Shown: positions 1 to 8,109 of the stretch, one piece after another | Numbering within the stretch: the stretch's first letter is position 1 | How the letters are laid out: the number at the start of each line of letters is the position of its first letter | Virus record (IMG/VR): IMGVR_UViG_3300048598_000511 | Coordinates: 1-51,212 of that record | Strand: one strand, 5' to 3' | Source of the DNA: a virus | Taxonomy: Duplodnaviria; Caudoviricetes | DNA: 51,212 nt | Notes under the pieces: generated by a model | Seen by the model: the letters and a program-made list of their open reading frames with translations, nothing else | What the model was told of the DNA's origin: nothing | Databases searched by the model: none | Translations under genes and position numbers: made by a program

Positions 1-35
1 CCTGGGCGACCGTGCAGGACAGCCGCAAACGACGA

Positions 36-57
36 AGGCCGCCCTCTCGGGCGGCCT
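36..57 (-). terminator. Hairpin, probable terminator originally downstream of the host tRNA-Ala
   Basis: AGGCCGCCC-TCTC-GGGCGGCCT, 9-bp stem; followed by TCGTCGTTTG on the minus strand, downstream of the tRNA 3' end. Confidence 0.6.
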
Positions 58-97
58 CACAAGCATCGATTGCACTTTTGACAAGAGCAACTTGGGG

Positions 98-144
98 TGG
101 AGCTAAGGGGATTCGAACCCCTGACCTTCTCATTGCGAACGAGA
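98..144 (-). pseudogene. 3' half of tRNA-Ala(CGC), prophage att core
   Basis: Minus strand TCTCGTTCGCAATGAGAAGGTCAGGGGTTCGAATCCCCTTAGCTCCA has an anticodon arm (CGC), a T-arm (GGTTCGAATCC) and the 3' acceptor strand; D-arm and 5' acceptor strand are absent; the integrase is adjacent. Confidence 0.88.
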
Positions 145-267
145 ATGATGGTACGCTCAAGGTAGGCCCAACAAGCCTCTGACTAGCTATGTTGCCCATG
201 TAGGCAGGGGCATGCATAGGCTGGAGATGGCCTAGCGAATGGCCTACCGAGGGGAGCGTGTTCGAAT

Positions 268-1488
268 ATGACCAGAGCGCACGGCACGGGGAGCATGACG
301 AAGCTCGCCAGCGGCAGGTACCAGGTGAGCATCGAGGCGGGCTGGACCCAGCGCGGCACCCGCCGACGAATCCGCCGCACCACCAAGGCGACCGGCCGCC
401 CCGGCGAGCAGGAAGCCAAGGTGCTGCTCAAGACTCTGATGCGGGAGGCGGTCCCCGAAGAGGGCGTGCGGCAGGGCACCACGGTCAAAGCGTGGTGCGA
501 TCACTGGCTCACCACCACACAAGACACCCACCGGCCCAAGACATGGGCCACCAACCGGTCCGCCATCAGGGTGTGGATCGTCCCCACCATCGGCCACAAG
601 CGACTCGACAAGCTGACCCTGTCCGACGTGCGGAGCGTCACCCGCGCCATCCGCGGTGCGGGCCGATCGGATGCGACCGCACAACGCGCACACGTACTGC
701 TGGTCAAGATCCTGCGCGACGCGCTGATCGAGGGACACTCGGTCGCTGCACGCCTGCTGGAGATGGAGGCGCCCGACCGCGGCGAATCAGACCGCGACGC
801 CATCCCACAGGCGGACGCGCTCACCATCCTCTCCATCGCCGCTGGCAAGAGAGAGGCATCCATGTGGGTCGCCGCGCTCCTCCAAGGCATGCGCCCGGCC
901 GAGGTCCGCGGACTCACCTGGGACTGCGTCGACCTTGAGGCCGACCTCATCGACGTGTCCTGGCAGCTCCAGGCCCTGCCGTACACGATCCCCCGCGACC
1001 GGTCGTCCGGCTTCCGCGTGCCGGCCGGATTCACCGCCCGCCACCTCGTCGACGGCTACCACCTGACCAGGCCCAAGACCAAGGCCGGCAGGCGTATCGT
1101 GCCCATCGTGCCCTGGATGCACGATGCACTGGTCCGCTGGCAGTCCATCGCCCCGACCAATGCCCACGGGCTCGTCTGGCCGGGCGTCTTCGGACGGCCC
1201 ATGAACGAGGTCGACCACAGAGAGGCCTGGGCGGCGCTGTGCAGCGAGTCCGGAGTGGGTGCCTACGACCTGTACGAGGCTCGGCACACCACCGCCACGC
1301 TGCTGCTGGACGCCGGCATCGACATGGAGGTCATCAAGGCAATCATGGGCCACGCGAGCATCCTGTCCACCAAGACCTACGCCCACGTCCAGACCACCGC
1401 CACGCGGCGCGCACTGGAGACGCTGGCAGGCAGGCTCGGCCTAGACCCGGCCGCCCCCGTGGAGGGCAGTGCCCCGGAGGCTGGCTAG
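268..1488 (+). CDS. int: Tyrosine integrase
   Basis: 406 aa; GMRPAE (catalytic R), KTKAGRR (K), LYEARH (HxxR variant), MGH...TKTY (nucleophile Y); next to att. Confidence 0.95.
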   Translation: MTRAHGTGSMTKLASGRYQVSIEAGWTQRGTRRRIRRTTKATGRPGEQEAKVLLKTLMREAVPEEGVRQGTTVKAWCDHWLTTTQDTHRPKTWATNRSAIRVWIVPTIGHKRLDKLTLSDVRSVTRAIRGAGRSDATAQRAHVLLVKILRDALIEGHSVAARLLEMEAPDRGESDRDAIPQADALTILSIAAGKREASMWVAALLQGMRPAEVRGLTWDCVDLEADLIDVSWQLQALPYTIPRDRSSGFRVPAGFTARHLVDGYHLTRPKTKAGRRIVPIVPWMHDALVRWQSIAPTNAHGLVWPGVFGRPMNEVDHREAWAALCSESGVGAYDLYEARHTTATLLLDAGIDMEVIKAIMGHASILSTKTYAHVQTTATRRALETLAGRLGLDPAAPVEGSAPEAG

Positions 1489-2099
1489 AAGTCCCACTCC
1501 CAGCCACTGTCGGAGTAGTCCTGGATGAGCGCGAGATGCCCGTGCTTGTACTTGGTGTCGACGACCACGACGCCCTTCACGTGCTTGGCCCCCTCTATCT
1601 GAGTCGGGAGCGCTTCGGAGTCCTTGGCGCAGGAGTACCCGTTGCCGCTGGAGTCGTTCTCGGTGGTGCCATCGGGGCCGATGACCTGCCAGTCGTCGGT
1701 GTTGAAGTAGGACACGTCGTTGTCATTGTCACTGTCGAACTTCACCGCCTTCGTGGTGGTGATGTCCATCCAGATGGCCACGTACTGCCCGTTCTTGGAC
1801 TTGTCCGGGTAGTCCGAGTTGCACTTGAAGCCGGGCTGGATCTTGGTCACGGTGAACCGGACAGCCTCCCGACCGTCTGCGGTGATGATGAGTGCTTGGT
1901 CGCCGACCCTCTTCGGGATGTTCCCGCGTTCGTTCGTCTCAGGACTCGCGCTGTCGCTGGGGCTCGGACTGATGACGTTCGGGTCGGGCGTCTCGCTCGT
2001 AGCGGTCGGGACGGCGGCCGTGACAGTGATGACGGGCGTGGCGGTACCCGAGCATCCGGTGAGCAGGATGGCTGCCGCGATGAGCCAAGCCCTGGTCAC
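1485..2099 (-). CDS. Lipoprotein in lysogeny cassette (DUF4352-like; possible superinfection exclusion)
   Basis: Lipobox LLTGC, S/T/P linker, beta-rich domain. Confidence 0.7.
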   Translation of the reverse strand: MTRAWLIAAAILLTGCSGTATPVITVTAAVPTATSETPDPNVISPSPSDSASPETNERGNIPKRVGDQALIITADGREAVRFTVTKIQPGFKCNSDYPDKSKNGQYVAIWMDITTTKAVKFDSDNDNDVSYFNTDDWQVIGPDGTTENDSSGNGYSCAKDSEALPTQIEGAKHVKGVVVVDTKYKHGHLALIQDYSDSGWEWDF

Positions 2100-2686
2100 G
2101 GCGTGAAGTCCACGTCGGTCACGATGGCGCTGAGCTTGGTCTTGGATGACGCGGTCTGGATGTCCTCGGCGCTGTCGAGGTGGGCCGTCCCGTCGCTGTC
2201 CATGGTGAAGGTGTTCGTGTAGCCGCCCTCGGCGCCCTTCACCTTGTAGGTCACCTCAACCGAGCTACCGTCGGCGAGATCGTCTCCGATGTAGGTCGGG
2301 TCGATGCGGAAGGTGATCAGGCATCCGGCCGAGCCGAAGCACTCCTTCTTCTTCACCTTGACGCCCACGACGAAGTCGTCCTTGGTCGGGGTGTAGGCGG
2401 CAGGGGCATCGGGTGTGGCTGCTTCGGTCGGGGTTGCAGATGCGGATGCATGGTCGGCACTGGCCGAGGTCACGGGGGCTGCGGGGGTAGCCGCGGGCTT
2501 CTGGGCACCCTGCACGATGCCGCCGACGACCAGCAGTGCGAGCACGCCGCCGGCAACCCCGAGCACCACCTTGCCCCGTCCCTTCTTGGGCGGCGGCGGT
2601 GCGATGAAGGCTGGCTGTTGGGGTGCCTGATACGGCTGGCCTGGGAAGGGCTGCTGGGGTGGCTGTGGTGGGTACTGCTGGGTCAT
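2096..2686 (-). CDS. Membrane-anchored protein
   Basis: P/Q-rich N-terminus, one TM helix, A/T/P linker, extracellular domain with CFGSAGC. Confidence 0.75.
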   Translation of the reverse strand: MTQQYPPQPPQQPFPGQPYQAPQQPAFIAPPPPKKGRGKVVLGVAGGVLALLVVGGIVQGAQKPAATPAAPVTSASADHASASATPTEAATPDAPAAYTPTKDDFVVGVKVKKKECFGSAGCLITFRIDPTYIGDDLADGSSVEVTYKVKGAEGGYTNTFTMDSDGTAHLDSAEDIQTASSKTKLSAIVTDVDFTP

Positions 2687-2749
2687 GATTTCCCCCTCGG
2701 GTGGTGATGGCGGCAGCGTAGACCTGAGCGTCGGCTGCGCGCAGGCAGA

Positions 2750-2974
2750 TCAGTCCATCAGCGCCTCGGCGCGGGCGAAGAGCACTGATCCGCGCAGTTC
2801 GAGGCCGCGGGCGATGGCTTCGATCTGGCGCGCACCGACCGATTGGCGGCCGGTGAGTACGTAGCGCAGGGTGCGCTCGGGCATTGAGGCGAGGCGAGCC
2901 AGTCGGGGGGTGGTGAGGGAGCGTGCCCTCATCTCGTCCAGCGTCGCCCTGGCTAGGGCGGCGTTGATGTCCAT
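2750..2974 (-). CDS. XRE-family HTH regulator
   Basis: 74 aa; TPRLARLASMPERTLRYVLTG HTH pattern. Confidence 0.75.
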   Translation of the reverse strand: MDINAALARATLDEMRARSLTTPRLARLASMPERTLRYVLTGRQSVGARQIEAIARGLELRGSVLFARAEALMD

Positions 2975-3142
2975 CAGAGGACCGTACCCGCCTCTGACTA
3001 GGAAGAACCGGCGGGTTCTTGCCGATTCTCAGACCCGGCTGCGGCGAGGCCGCGAGCGGGCCAAGATGCGAAAGAGCCCCCGTCGCGACCCTAGACGGGG
3101 GTTGCGAGGGGGGCGGTCGGGATGACTGGCAGCTAGAACTGG

Positions 3143-3175
3143 GCGACCCCGGCTCAGAGCCCGAGCCGGGGTCGC
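3143..3175. other. Perfect 13-bp hairpin downstream of repressor
   Basis: GCGACCCCGGCTC-N7-GAGCCGGGGTCGC. Confidence 0.6.
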
Positions 3176-3186
3176 AAGTGGACGAT

Positions 3187-3408
3187 CTAGCGCATCCGAG
3201 TGTTAGCCAGCAGGACTTTCGGGTCCTGCTGTAGCAGCACGCATAGCGCTTCGATGTCTTCCAGCGTGAGGGCCGTTTCGCGCGAACCCAGTCGCTTCCA
3301 CCAGTACTGATGCGTGTGGCCGAGCTTGTCGCCAAGCGCACGGTAGGAGATCGCCTTCTTCTCCAGCATCGCGGCGAGTTCCTTCGCCGTGTCTTCTGTC
3401 CATCCCAT
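3187..3408 (-). CDS. Immunity repressor candidate (short XRE HTH, no peptidase domain)
   Basis: ISYRALGDKLGHTHQYWWKRL...LTLEDIEALC; divergent from cro-like gene; start placed at ATG 3408 (ORF open to 3435). Confidence 0.75.
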   Translation of the reverse strand: MGWTEDTAKELAAMLEKKAISYRALGDKLGHTHQYWWKRLGSRETALTLEDIEALCVLLQQDPKVLLANTRMR

Positions 3409-3430
3409 GTCACCAGATCGTACCCCATCA

Positions 3431-3525
3431 GTCACCGAAATGGTGACACCTCCCGACTTTCCTCAAAAGGCTTGCGCTGTCACCAGTTCAGTGACAGTAT
3501 GTCCAATGTCACCGATTCGGTGACA
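3431..3525. promoter_or_regulatory. Three palindromic operators (TGTCACC-N5-GGTGACA) and divergent promoters of the genetic switch
   Basis: GTCACCgaaatGGTGAC 3431-3447; TGTCACCagttcAGTGACA 3478-3496; TGTCACCgattcGGTGACA 3507-3525; possible -35 TTGCGC at 3472-3477. Confidence 0.85.
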
Positions 3526-3540
3526 GCGAAAGGAACTCAG

Positions 3541-3780
3541 ATGCTCTCTCAGACCGTGGCGCGAGAGGTTCGCGCCGAGCTTGGTCGGCAGTCCATCTCT
3601 CACAAGGTATTCGCAGAGAAGGCTCAGATCCCGTACAAGAAGGCGCTGCTGATGATCAGGGGTGAGCGCTCGTGGGAACTGGAGCAGGTAGATGCGGCGG
3701 CTGCGGCCCTCGGCGTGAATTCCCTCGACCTCATCTTCCCGGATCGCGCCGAGCGGACCGTCGAAGCCACTGCCGCCTAG
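3541..3780 (+). CDS. Cro-like HTH regulator
   Basis: SD AAGGAA; VAREVRAELGRQSISHKVFAEKAQIP...GERSWELEQVDAAAAALGV. Confidence 0.8.
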   Translation: MLSQTVAREVRAELGRQSISHKVFAEKAQIPYKKALLMIRGERSWELEQVDAAAAALGVNSLDLIFPDRAERTVEATAA

Positions 3781-3788
3781 GCGCAGCA

Positions 3789-3825
3789 ACGCCCCCGCTC
3801 AACTCGCCAAAGCCCGCGGGGGCGT
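3789..3825 (+). other. Hairpin between cro-like gene and antirepressor
   Basis: ACGCCCCCGC/GCGGGGGCGT 10-bp stem, loop contains CTCGCCAAAG. Confidence 0.5.
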
Positions 3826-3849
3826 CGATCCACTAAGGAGCTTACCCCA

Positions 3850-4623
3850 ATGGATGCACAGATCCTCCCATTCCACTACGCCGAAGCGCGAGACCTTCGC
3901 ACGGCCGTGATCGACGGTGAGCCCTGGTTCGTCGCTGCCGACGTGGCTGCGATCCTCGACATGGGCAACGTCCACTCGTCGCTGGCACTGCTCGACGATG
4001 ACGAGAGGGGTCTCCACAGTGTGGAGACCCCCTCCGGAGCGCAGCCGATGGTCATCGTTTCCGAACCCGGCCTCTACTCGCTGATCCTGCGGAGTCGCAA
4101 GGCTGAGGCGAAGCCCTTCAAGCGGTGGATCACCCACGATGTGATCCCCGCCATCCGCAAGACCGGCAGCTACGGCCTGCAGAAGTCGCTCCCAAAGGAC
4201 TACGCGTCGGCGCTGCGCGAACTGGCGTCCGAGGTCGAGGCGCACGAGCTGGCCAAGGTCCGCATCCGTGAACTGGAGCCGGCCGCGTCCGCTTGGTCGT
4301 CGCTGGTAGAGGCCACGGGCGACTACTCGATGGCTGACGCCGCGAAGATGCTGAGCCGCGACCCCGCGATCCAGATCGGCCAGAACACCCTCTTCCGCTA
4401 CCTCGGCAAGCATGGGTGGCTCTATCAGCGCAACGGCGAGTGGCACCCGTACCAGGACAAGATCGACGCGGGTCTGCTGACCCTCAAGACCAACCGGCCG
4501 TACTGGGACTCCAAGCGTGGCGTGGACGTGCTTCCCGCACCCACCGTCCGGGTTACCGCCAAGGGGGTCCAGAAACTCTACAGGCTGCTTGGCGGTACTG
4601 AGCCGATGGCGGAGGCCTCGTGA
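3850..4623 (+). CDS. Phage antirepressor (BRO-N + KilAC-type domain)
   Basis: GEPWFVAADVA...SEPGLYSLILRSRKAEAKPFKRWITHDVIPAIRKTGSY; C-terminal IGQNTLFRYL...VRVTAKG. Confidence 0.92.
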   Translation: MDAQILPFHYAEARDLRTAVIDGEPWFVAADVAAILDMGNVHSSLALLDDDERGLHSVETPSGAQPMVIVSEPGLYSLILRSRKAEAKPFKRWITHDVIPAIRKTGSYGLQKSLPKDYASALRELASEVEAHELAKVRIRELEPAASAWSSLVEATGDYSMADAAKMLSRDPAIQIGQNTLFRYLGKHGWLYQRNGEWHPYQDKIDAGLLTLKTNRPYWDSKRGVDVLPAPTVRVTAKGVQKLYRLLGGTEPMAEAS

Positions 4624-4889
4624 TGACCGTCGCTCAGCTCCCCGCATCGCTCCGTAAGCGCATCGCCATCGACGGCGACCATTGGGTCTGGACTGGTCGA
4701 TTCAACCGCCATGGTGTGCCGGCGGCGACCACCACATCCGCTGCGCGCGAGGTTTGGCAGGCGCTGGAGTGCGGCCCCCTCATGGAGGGCGAGGGCGTCT
4801 ACCGAGCCTGTGATCGCCATGGCTGCGTAAATCCGGACCACCAGGAGGTCCGGCTCACCAGTAAGGCCAAGAGCAGGAGGGCTGCCTGA
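4620..4889 (+). CDS. Degenerate HNH-like protein
   Basis: HWVWTG...CDRHGCVNPDH resembles HNH_3, but the first His is replaced. Confidence 0.55.
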   Translation: MMTVAQLPASLRKRIAIDGDHWVWTGRFNRHGVPAATTTSAAREVWQALECGPLMEGEGVYRACDRHGCVNPDHQEVRLTSKAKSRRAA

Positions 4890-5080
4890 TGGCCGGCCAG
4901 ATCTCCTACAGCCGCAAGCAGGCCGCAGAGCAGACCGGTGTCAGCGTCGACACTCTCGACCGGGCCATCAAGGCCGGCGACCTCGCCACCCTCCACCCCC
5001 CCATCGATGGCAAGCCGATCGCGTCGCCGCTCATCGAGCACGGCGAACTCATCCGCTGGCTACGTTCCCGAACCGCCTAA
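4889..5080 (+). CDS. Excisionase-like HTH
   Basis: YSRKQAAEQTGVSVDTLDRAIKAGDL. Confidence 0.75.
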   Translation: MAGQISYSRKQAAEQTGVSVDTLDRAIKAGDLATLHPPIDGKPIASPLIEHGELIRWLRSRTA

Positions 5081-5095
5081 CCCCAAGGAGCCCTG

Positions 5096-5326
5096 ATGCG
5101 CCGCATCTACCCGTCCGACGACTCGCTCTGCTTGACGATCGACACCGCCGACAACCTCGAAGTCGTCTTCGACAGGGAGCGCGAGTTGCCGGTGATCGAG
5201 ATCCGCAACCTCGCTTTCGTCGAGACACCCAAGTACCTCGCCATCAGTGCCACTGAGCCCGAGCGCTACATCGCCGCGCTCATCGAGGCGCTGGCATCCC
5301 TGCAGGCAGCCCTGAAGCGCGCCTAA
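5096..5326 (+). CDS. Hypothetical protein
   Basis: SD AAGGAG, 76 aa. Confidence 0.6.
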   Translation: MRRIYPSDDSLCLTIDTADNLEVVFDRERELPVIEIRNLAFVETPKYLAISATEPERYIAALIEALASLQAALKRA

Positions 5327-5395
5327 CCCCCACAGTCTGCCCCGGTCCCGGAAGGGGAAGCCGGGCCGGGGCATCCCAAATCGAAGGAGAGAGCA

Positions 5396-5782
5396 ATGAA
5401 GAAGATCTTCGCCGCGGTCGCGGCAACCGTCCTGCTGCTGCTTGCGGGGTGCTCCAGCGATGCCGATGTGGCGTCGAAGAACCTCAGCACCGAGGCGGAC
5501 CAGTTCCGCGTCGAGCGGCGCATCGTCACCACCAACCTCATCACTGGCCAGTTCCTGTTCGTGGTCACGGGCAAGTGCAGCCTCGGCAACGCCGACACGC
5601 CGAACAGCCACACCATCACCTGCAAGGTCGGCGACAACGCCTTCCAGAAGCACTTCATCGAGGCCCCGGACGGCGCGAACCTCGTCATCACGACCGAGCA
5701 GATCGGCGACACGTTCAGTGACCCCTACCACTACGAGTGGGTCTTCAAGCCCGAGACGGTCGTCCCGACGGTGGTGCGGTGA
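5396..5782 (+). CDS. Conserved phage lipoprotein
   Basis: Lipobox LLAGC; ADVASKNLSTEADQF.V.RRI...DPYHYE..FKPET pattern. Confidence 0.8.
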   Translation: MKKIFAAVAATVLLLLAGCSSDADVASKNLSTEADQFRVERRIVTTNLITGQFLFVVTGKCSLGNADTPNSHTITCKVGDNAFQKHFIEAPDGANLVITTEQIGDTFSDPYHYEWVFKPETVVPTVVR

Positions 5783-5904
5783 TGAGCCCCGCCACCATCG
5801 CTGCCCGTGCTGTGGCTGTTGCGCCGCTGAGCATCGAGACCGCCGAGTGGCACCTCGTCATGTACGTGGATGCGACCCTGGCCAGTCTGCGGGGTGCGCT
5901 GTGA
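5782..5904 (+). CDS. Small coupled hypothetical protein (40 aa)
   Basis: TGATG and GTGA overlaps with both neighbours; not in ORF track. Confidence 0.5.
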   Translation: MSPATIAARAVAVAPLSIETAEWHLVMYVDATLASLRGAL

Positions 5905-6722
5905 AGGCATGGAAGGGCGGCAAGCCCGTTGACGGCGGCATGGTGTGCCGCGACAAGACCTACATCGAAGGCGAGTCGTACACCGAGCCGTCGGCCATCA
6001 TCTGCAAGTGCGGAATGCACGCCTGCACGATGCCAATGGACGTGCTCAGCTACTACCCGGCCGAGTCGTCGGTCTACCACGAGGTCGAGGTGGACGACGA
6101 CGCCACGGGCGAGAGCGACGGCAACTCGAAGGTCGTGAGCCGACACATGAGCGTGAAGGCCCGCCTGAGCATCCCAGGACTCATCAAGGCCAGCGTCGAG
6201 TGGGTCTTCCAGCAGGTCGAGGCGTCGCCGTCGAAGAAGGCCACGACGGGCAACTCCGCGCACTCGGCCACGACGGGCTACTACGCGCACTCGGCCACGA
6301 CGGGCTACTACGCGCACTCGGCCACGACGGGCGACTACGCGCACTCGGCCACGACGGGCGACTACGCGCACTCGGCCACGACGGGCAACTCCGCGCACTC
6401 GGCCACGACGGGCTACTACGCGCACTCGGCCACGACGGGCAACTCCGCGCACTCGGCCACGACGGGCTACTACGCGCACTCGGCCACGACGGGCTACTCC
6501 GCGATCGCCGCAGCCCTCGGACGCAGATCGCAAGCCAAAGCGGGCATGACCGGATGGCTCGTGCTGTCCGACTACGACCACAGCGGCGAACTCCGCGAGG
6601 TCATCGCCGTCAAGGTCGGTCGCAGGAAGCGAGGCATCGTGGTCAAGCCGGACGCCTGGTACGCGCTTCGGGATGGACGGCTGGTCGAGGTTGACGACGA
6701 CGGAGAGGCGGTGTCCCGATGA
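5901..6722 (+). CDS. Phage protein with 9-aa tandem repeats (DUF7666-like)
   Basis: GTG start; CKCGMHAC..PMDVLSYY domain, ATTGxxAHS repeats, C-terminal KPDAWYAL. Confidence 0.8.
   Translation: MKAWKGGKPVDGGMVCRDKTYIEGESYTEPSAIICKCGMHACTMPMDVLSYYPAESSVYHEVEVDDDATGESDGNSKVVSRHMSVKARLSIPGLIKASVEWVFQQVEASPSKKATTGNSAHSATTGYYAHSATTGYYAHSATTGDYAHSATTGDYAHSATTGNSAHSATTGYYAHSATTGNSAHSATTGYYAHSATTGYSAIAAALGRRSQAKAGMTGWLVLSDYDHSGELREVIAVKVGRRKRGIVVKPDAWYALRDGRLVEVDDDGEAVSR
6240..6503 (+). repeat. 27-bp in-frame tandem repeat, 9 full + 1 partial copies
   Basis: GCCACGACGGGC(A/T/G)ACT(C/A)CGCGCACTCG. Confidence 0.95.
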
Positions 6723-6862
6723 CTCACTACGGACGCCGGCACCGCGAGATGCCCGACTGGCTCGTGATCGCTCTGATGATCCTCGCTGTCACCGTCTTCG
6801 GCGCGCTGATGACGCCCCTGTACGGCTGGCTGCTGGCGATGGGCTGGGGGTGGGCGAAGTGA
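6719..6862 (+). CDS. Small membrane peptide (47 aa)
   Basis: MTHYGRRHREMPDWLVIALMILAVTVFG...; ATGA/GTGA coupled. Confidence 0.55.
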   Translation: MTHYGRRHREMPDWLVIALMILAVTVFGALMTPLYGWLLAMGWGWAK

Positions 6863-6984
6863 CCCACTACGACCTGCCTTCGCTGACCAACTCGGGCCTC
6901 ATCGTCCTCCTCCTGCTCGTCTTGGCCGTCGTCGTGCTGCCTCGTGTGGGGCGTGCGCTGGACCGTGAGCGGGGGCAGCGATGA
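6859..6984 (+). CDS. Small membrane peptide (41 aa)
   Basis: MTHYDLPSLTNSGLIVLLLLVLAVVVLP...; coupled overlaps. Confidence 0.55.
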   Translation: MTHYDLPSLTNSGLIVLLLLVLAVVVLPRVGRALDRERGQR

Positions 6985-7214
6985 CATGCCGCCACGCTCG
7001 CAAGGGCATCATCACCAATCAGACGGAGGGCTTCGACCCGACGCGGACGCACGCTCAGACCAGCGTCTGCGACCGGCCTGAATGCATCTTGGCTGCGGGC
7101 CGCTGGGTGTCGGGCAGGACGGGCGAGGTCGCCTACTTCCGGCCCGACGCCGACAAGACGCGCGGCTGGACGCCCGTCGATGAGTGGGTCAGCGCCGCGA
7201 GGGCTGACGCATGA
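6981..7214 (+). CDS. Hypothetical protein
   Basis: Coupled ORF, CDRPEC motif. Confidence 0.6.
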   Translation: MTCRHARKGIITNQTEGFDPTRTHAQTSVCDRPECILAAGRWVSGRTGEVAYFRPDADKTRGWTPVDEWVSAARADA

Positions 7215-7807
7215 CCGCCCCGAATCCGTACGCGAAGCAGTGGGCGCAGTTCAAGGCCTCAACCGCTGACCACGTGCTGATAGTGCTCCGCGATGACGGG
7301 CTGTACCGGCACTTCCGGATGGGCAAGCCGGGCACCGGCATGTGGTCGTGGAATGTCGTCACCTGGCCTTGGCATCTGTACGTCGGCGGCGACATCGGCG
7401 GCGGCTTCGTCTGGTCGCGCGAGGAAGACATGGTCGCCTTCATGGACACCCGCCACTACGGCGACTACCACGGCGACGGGTCTCCGCTCCTTCAGGCTGA
7501 CTATTGGGCCGAGAAACTGGATCACGTCTGCCGCGACCGCGCCTACAGCTTCAGCGAGGACCGATTCATCCGGCGCGTGACGGAGGCTGTCGAGGGCTGG
7601 CCGGCCGCGGATGCGCTGGTGTCCGAAGCGCGTGAGGCCGCCTACTACGAGGCCGAGGCTCGCGAGTGGCTGAGCGAGCACCAGGACGGATTCCCCGACT
7701 CGTGGGAGTGGGAACTCAAGGACCTCGATCACCACTACCTGCTGGCCTGCTACGCGGTGGTCACCACCATCGCCGCTGTCCGAAGGATGAAGGAGGCAGC
7801 GGCATGA
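7211..7807 (+). CDS. Hypothetical phage protein
   Basis: 198 aa, DDGLYRH...TWP..L.V.GD.G...YWAEKL. Confidence 0.75.
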   Translation: MTAPNPYAKQWAQFKASTADHVLIVLRDDGLYRHFRMGKPGTGMWSWNVVTWPWHLYVGGDIGGGFVWSREEDMVAFMDTRHYGDYHGDGSPLLQADYWAEKLDHVCRDRAYSFSEDRFIRRVTEAVEGWPAADALVSEAREAAYYEAEAREWLSEHQDGFPDSWEWELKDLDHHYLLACYAVVTTIAAVRRMKEAAA

Positions 7808-8109
7808 CCGCCCCGATGAGAGCCACGCACGCCTGCATCCCCGCCGAGTGCCCCGAGTGCAGCGTCGACCTGGCGCTACTGACCGCGTCGGGTGACCCCA
7901 TCGCCACGGCGGCCGACCTCAGGTGGGCGGCGGACTACCTGACCTCCGTCGCCCCCACCATCGATGCCGACCTACTGCCCACCGCTCGCCAGATCCAAGA
8001 CTGGCTGGTGAGGGGTGGGCGTGAGTTGGTGATCGCCGAGCTGGTTTCGCGGACCGGTGTCAGCCAGGCGCGACGTGAGCTGACTGCACGGACGGGTGGT
8101 GCGGCATGA
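7804..8109 (+). CDS. Hypothetical protein
   Basis: Coupled ORF. Confidence 0.6.
   Translation: MTAPMRATHACIPAECPECSVDLALLTASGDPIATAADLRWAADYLTSVAPTIDADLLPTARQIQDWLVRGGRELVIAELVSRTGVSQARRELTARTGGAA

Noticed and set aside
98-175. Complete tRNA gene
   Set aside because: No D-arm or 5' acceptor strand upstream of the anticodon stem
250-266. LexA box before integrase
   Set aside because: Only the GTTCGA half-site is present
3076-3180. Type I-C/I-G CRISPR-like solitary repeats
   Set aside because: Hairpins lack an ATTGAAAC/ATTGAGGC-type handle; resemblance too weak
6240-6503. Diversity-generating retroelement (variation at positions with an A allele)
   Set aside because: No reverse transcriptase and no separate template/variable repeat pair in the window; it is an in-frame tandem repeat
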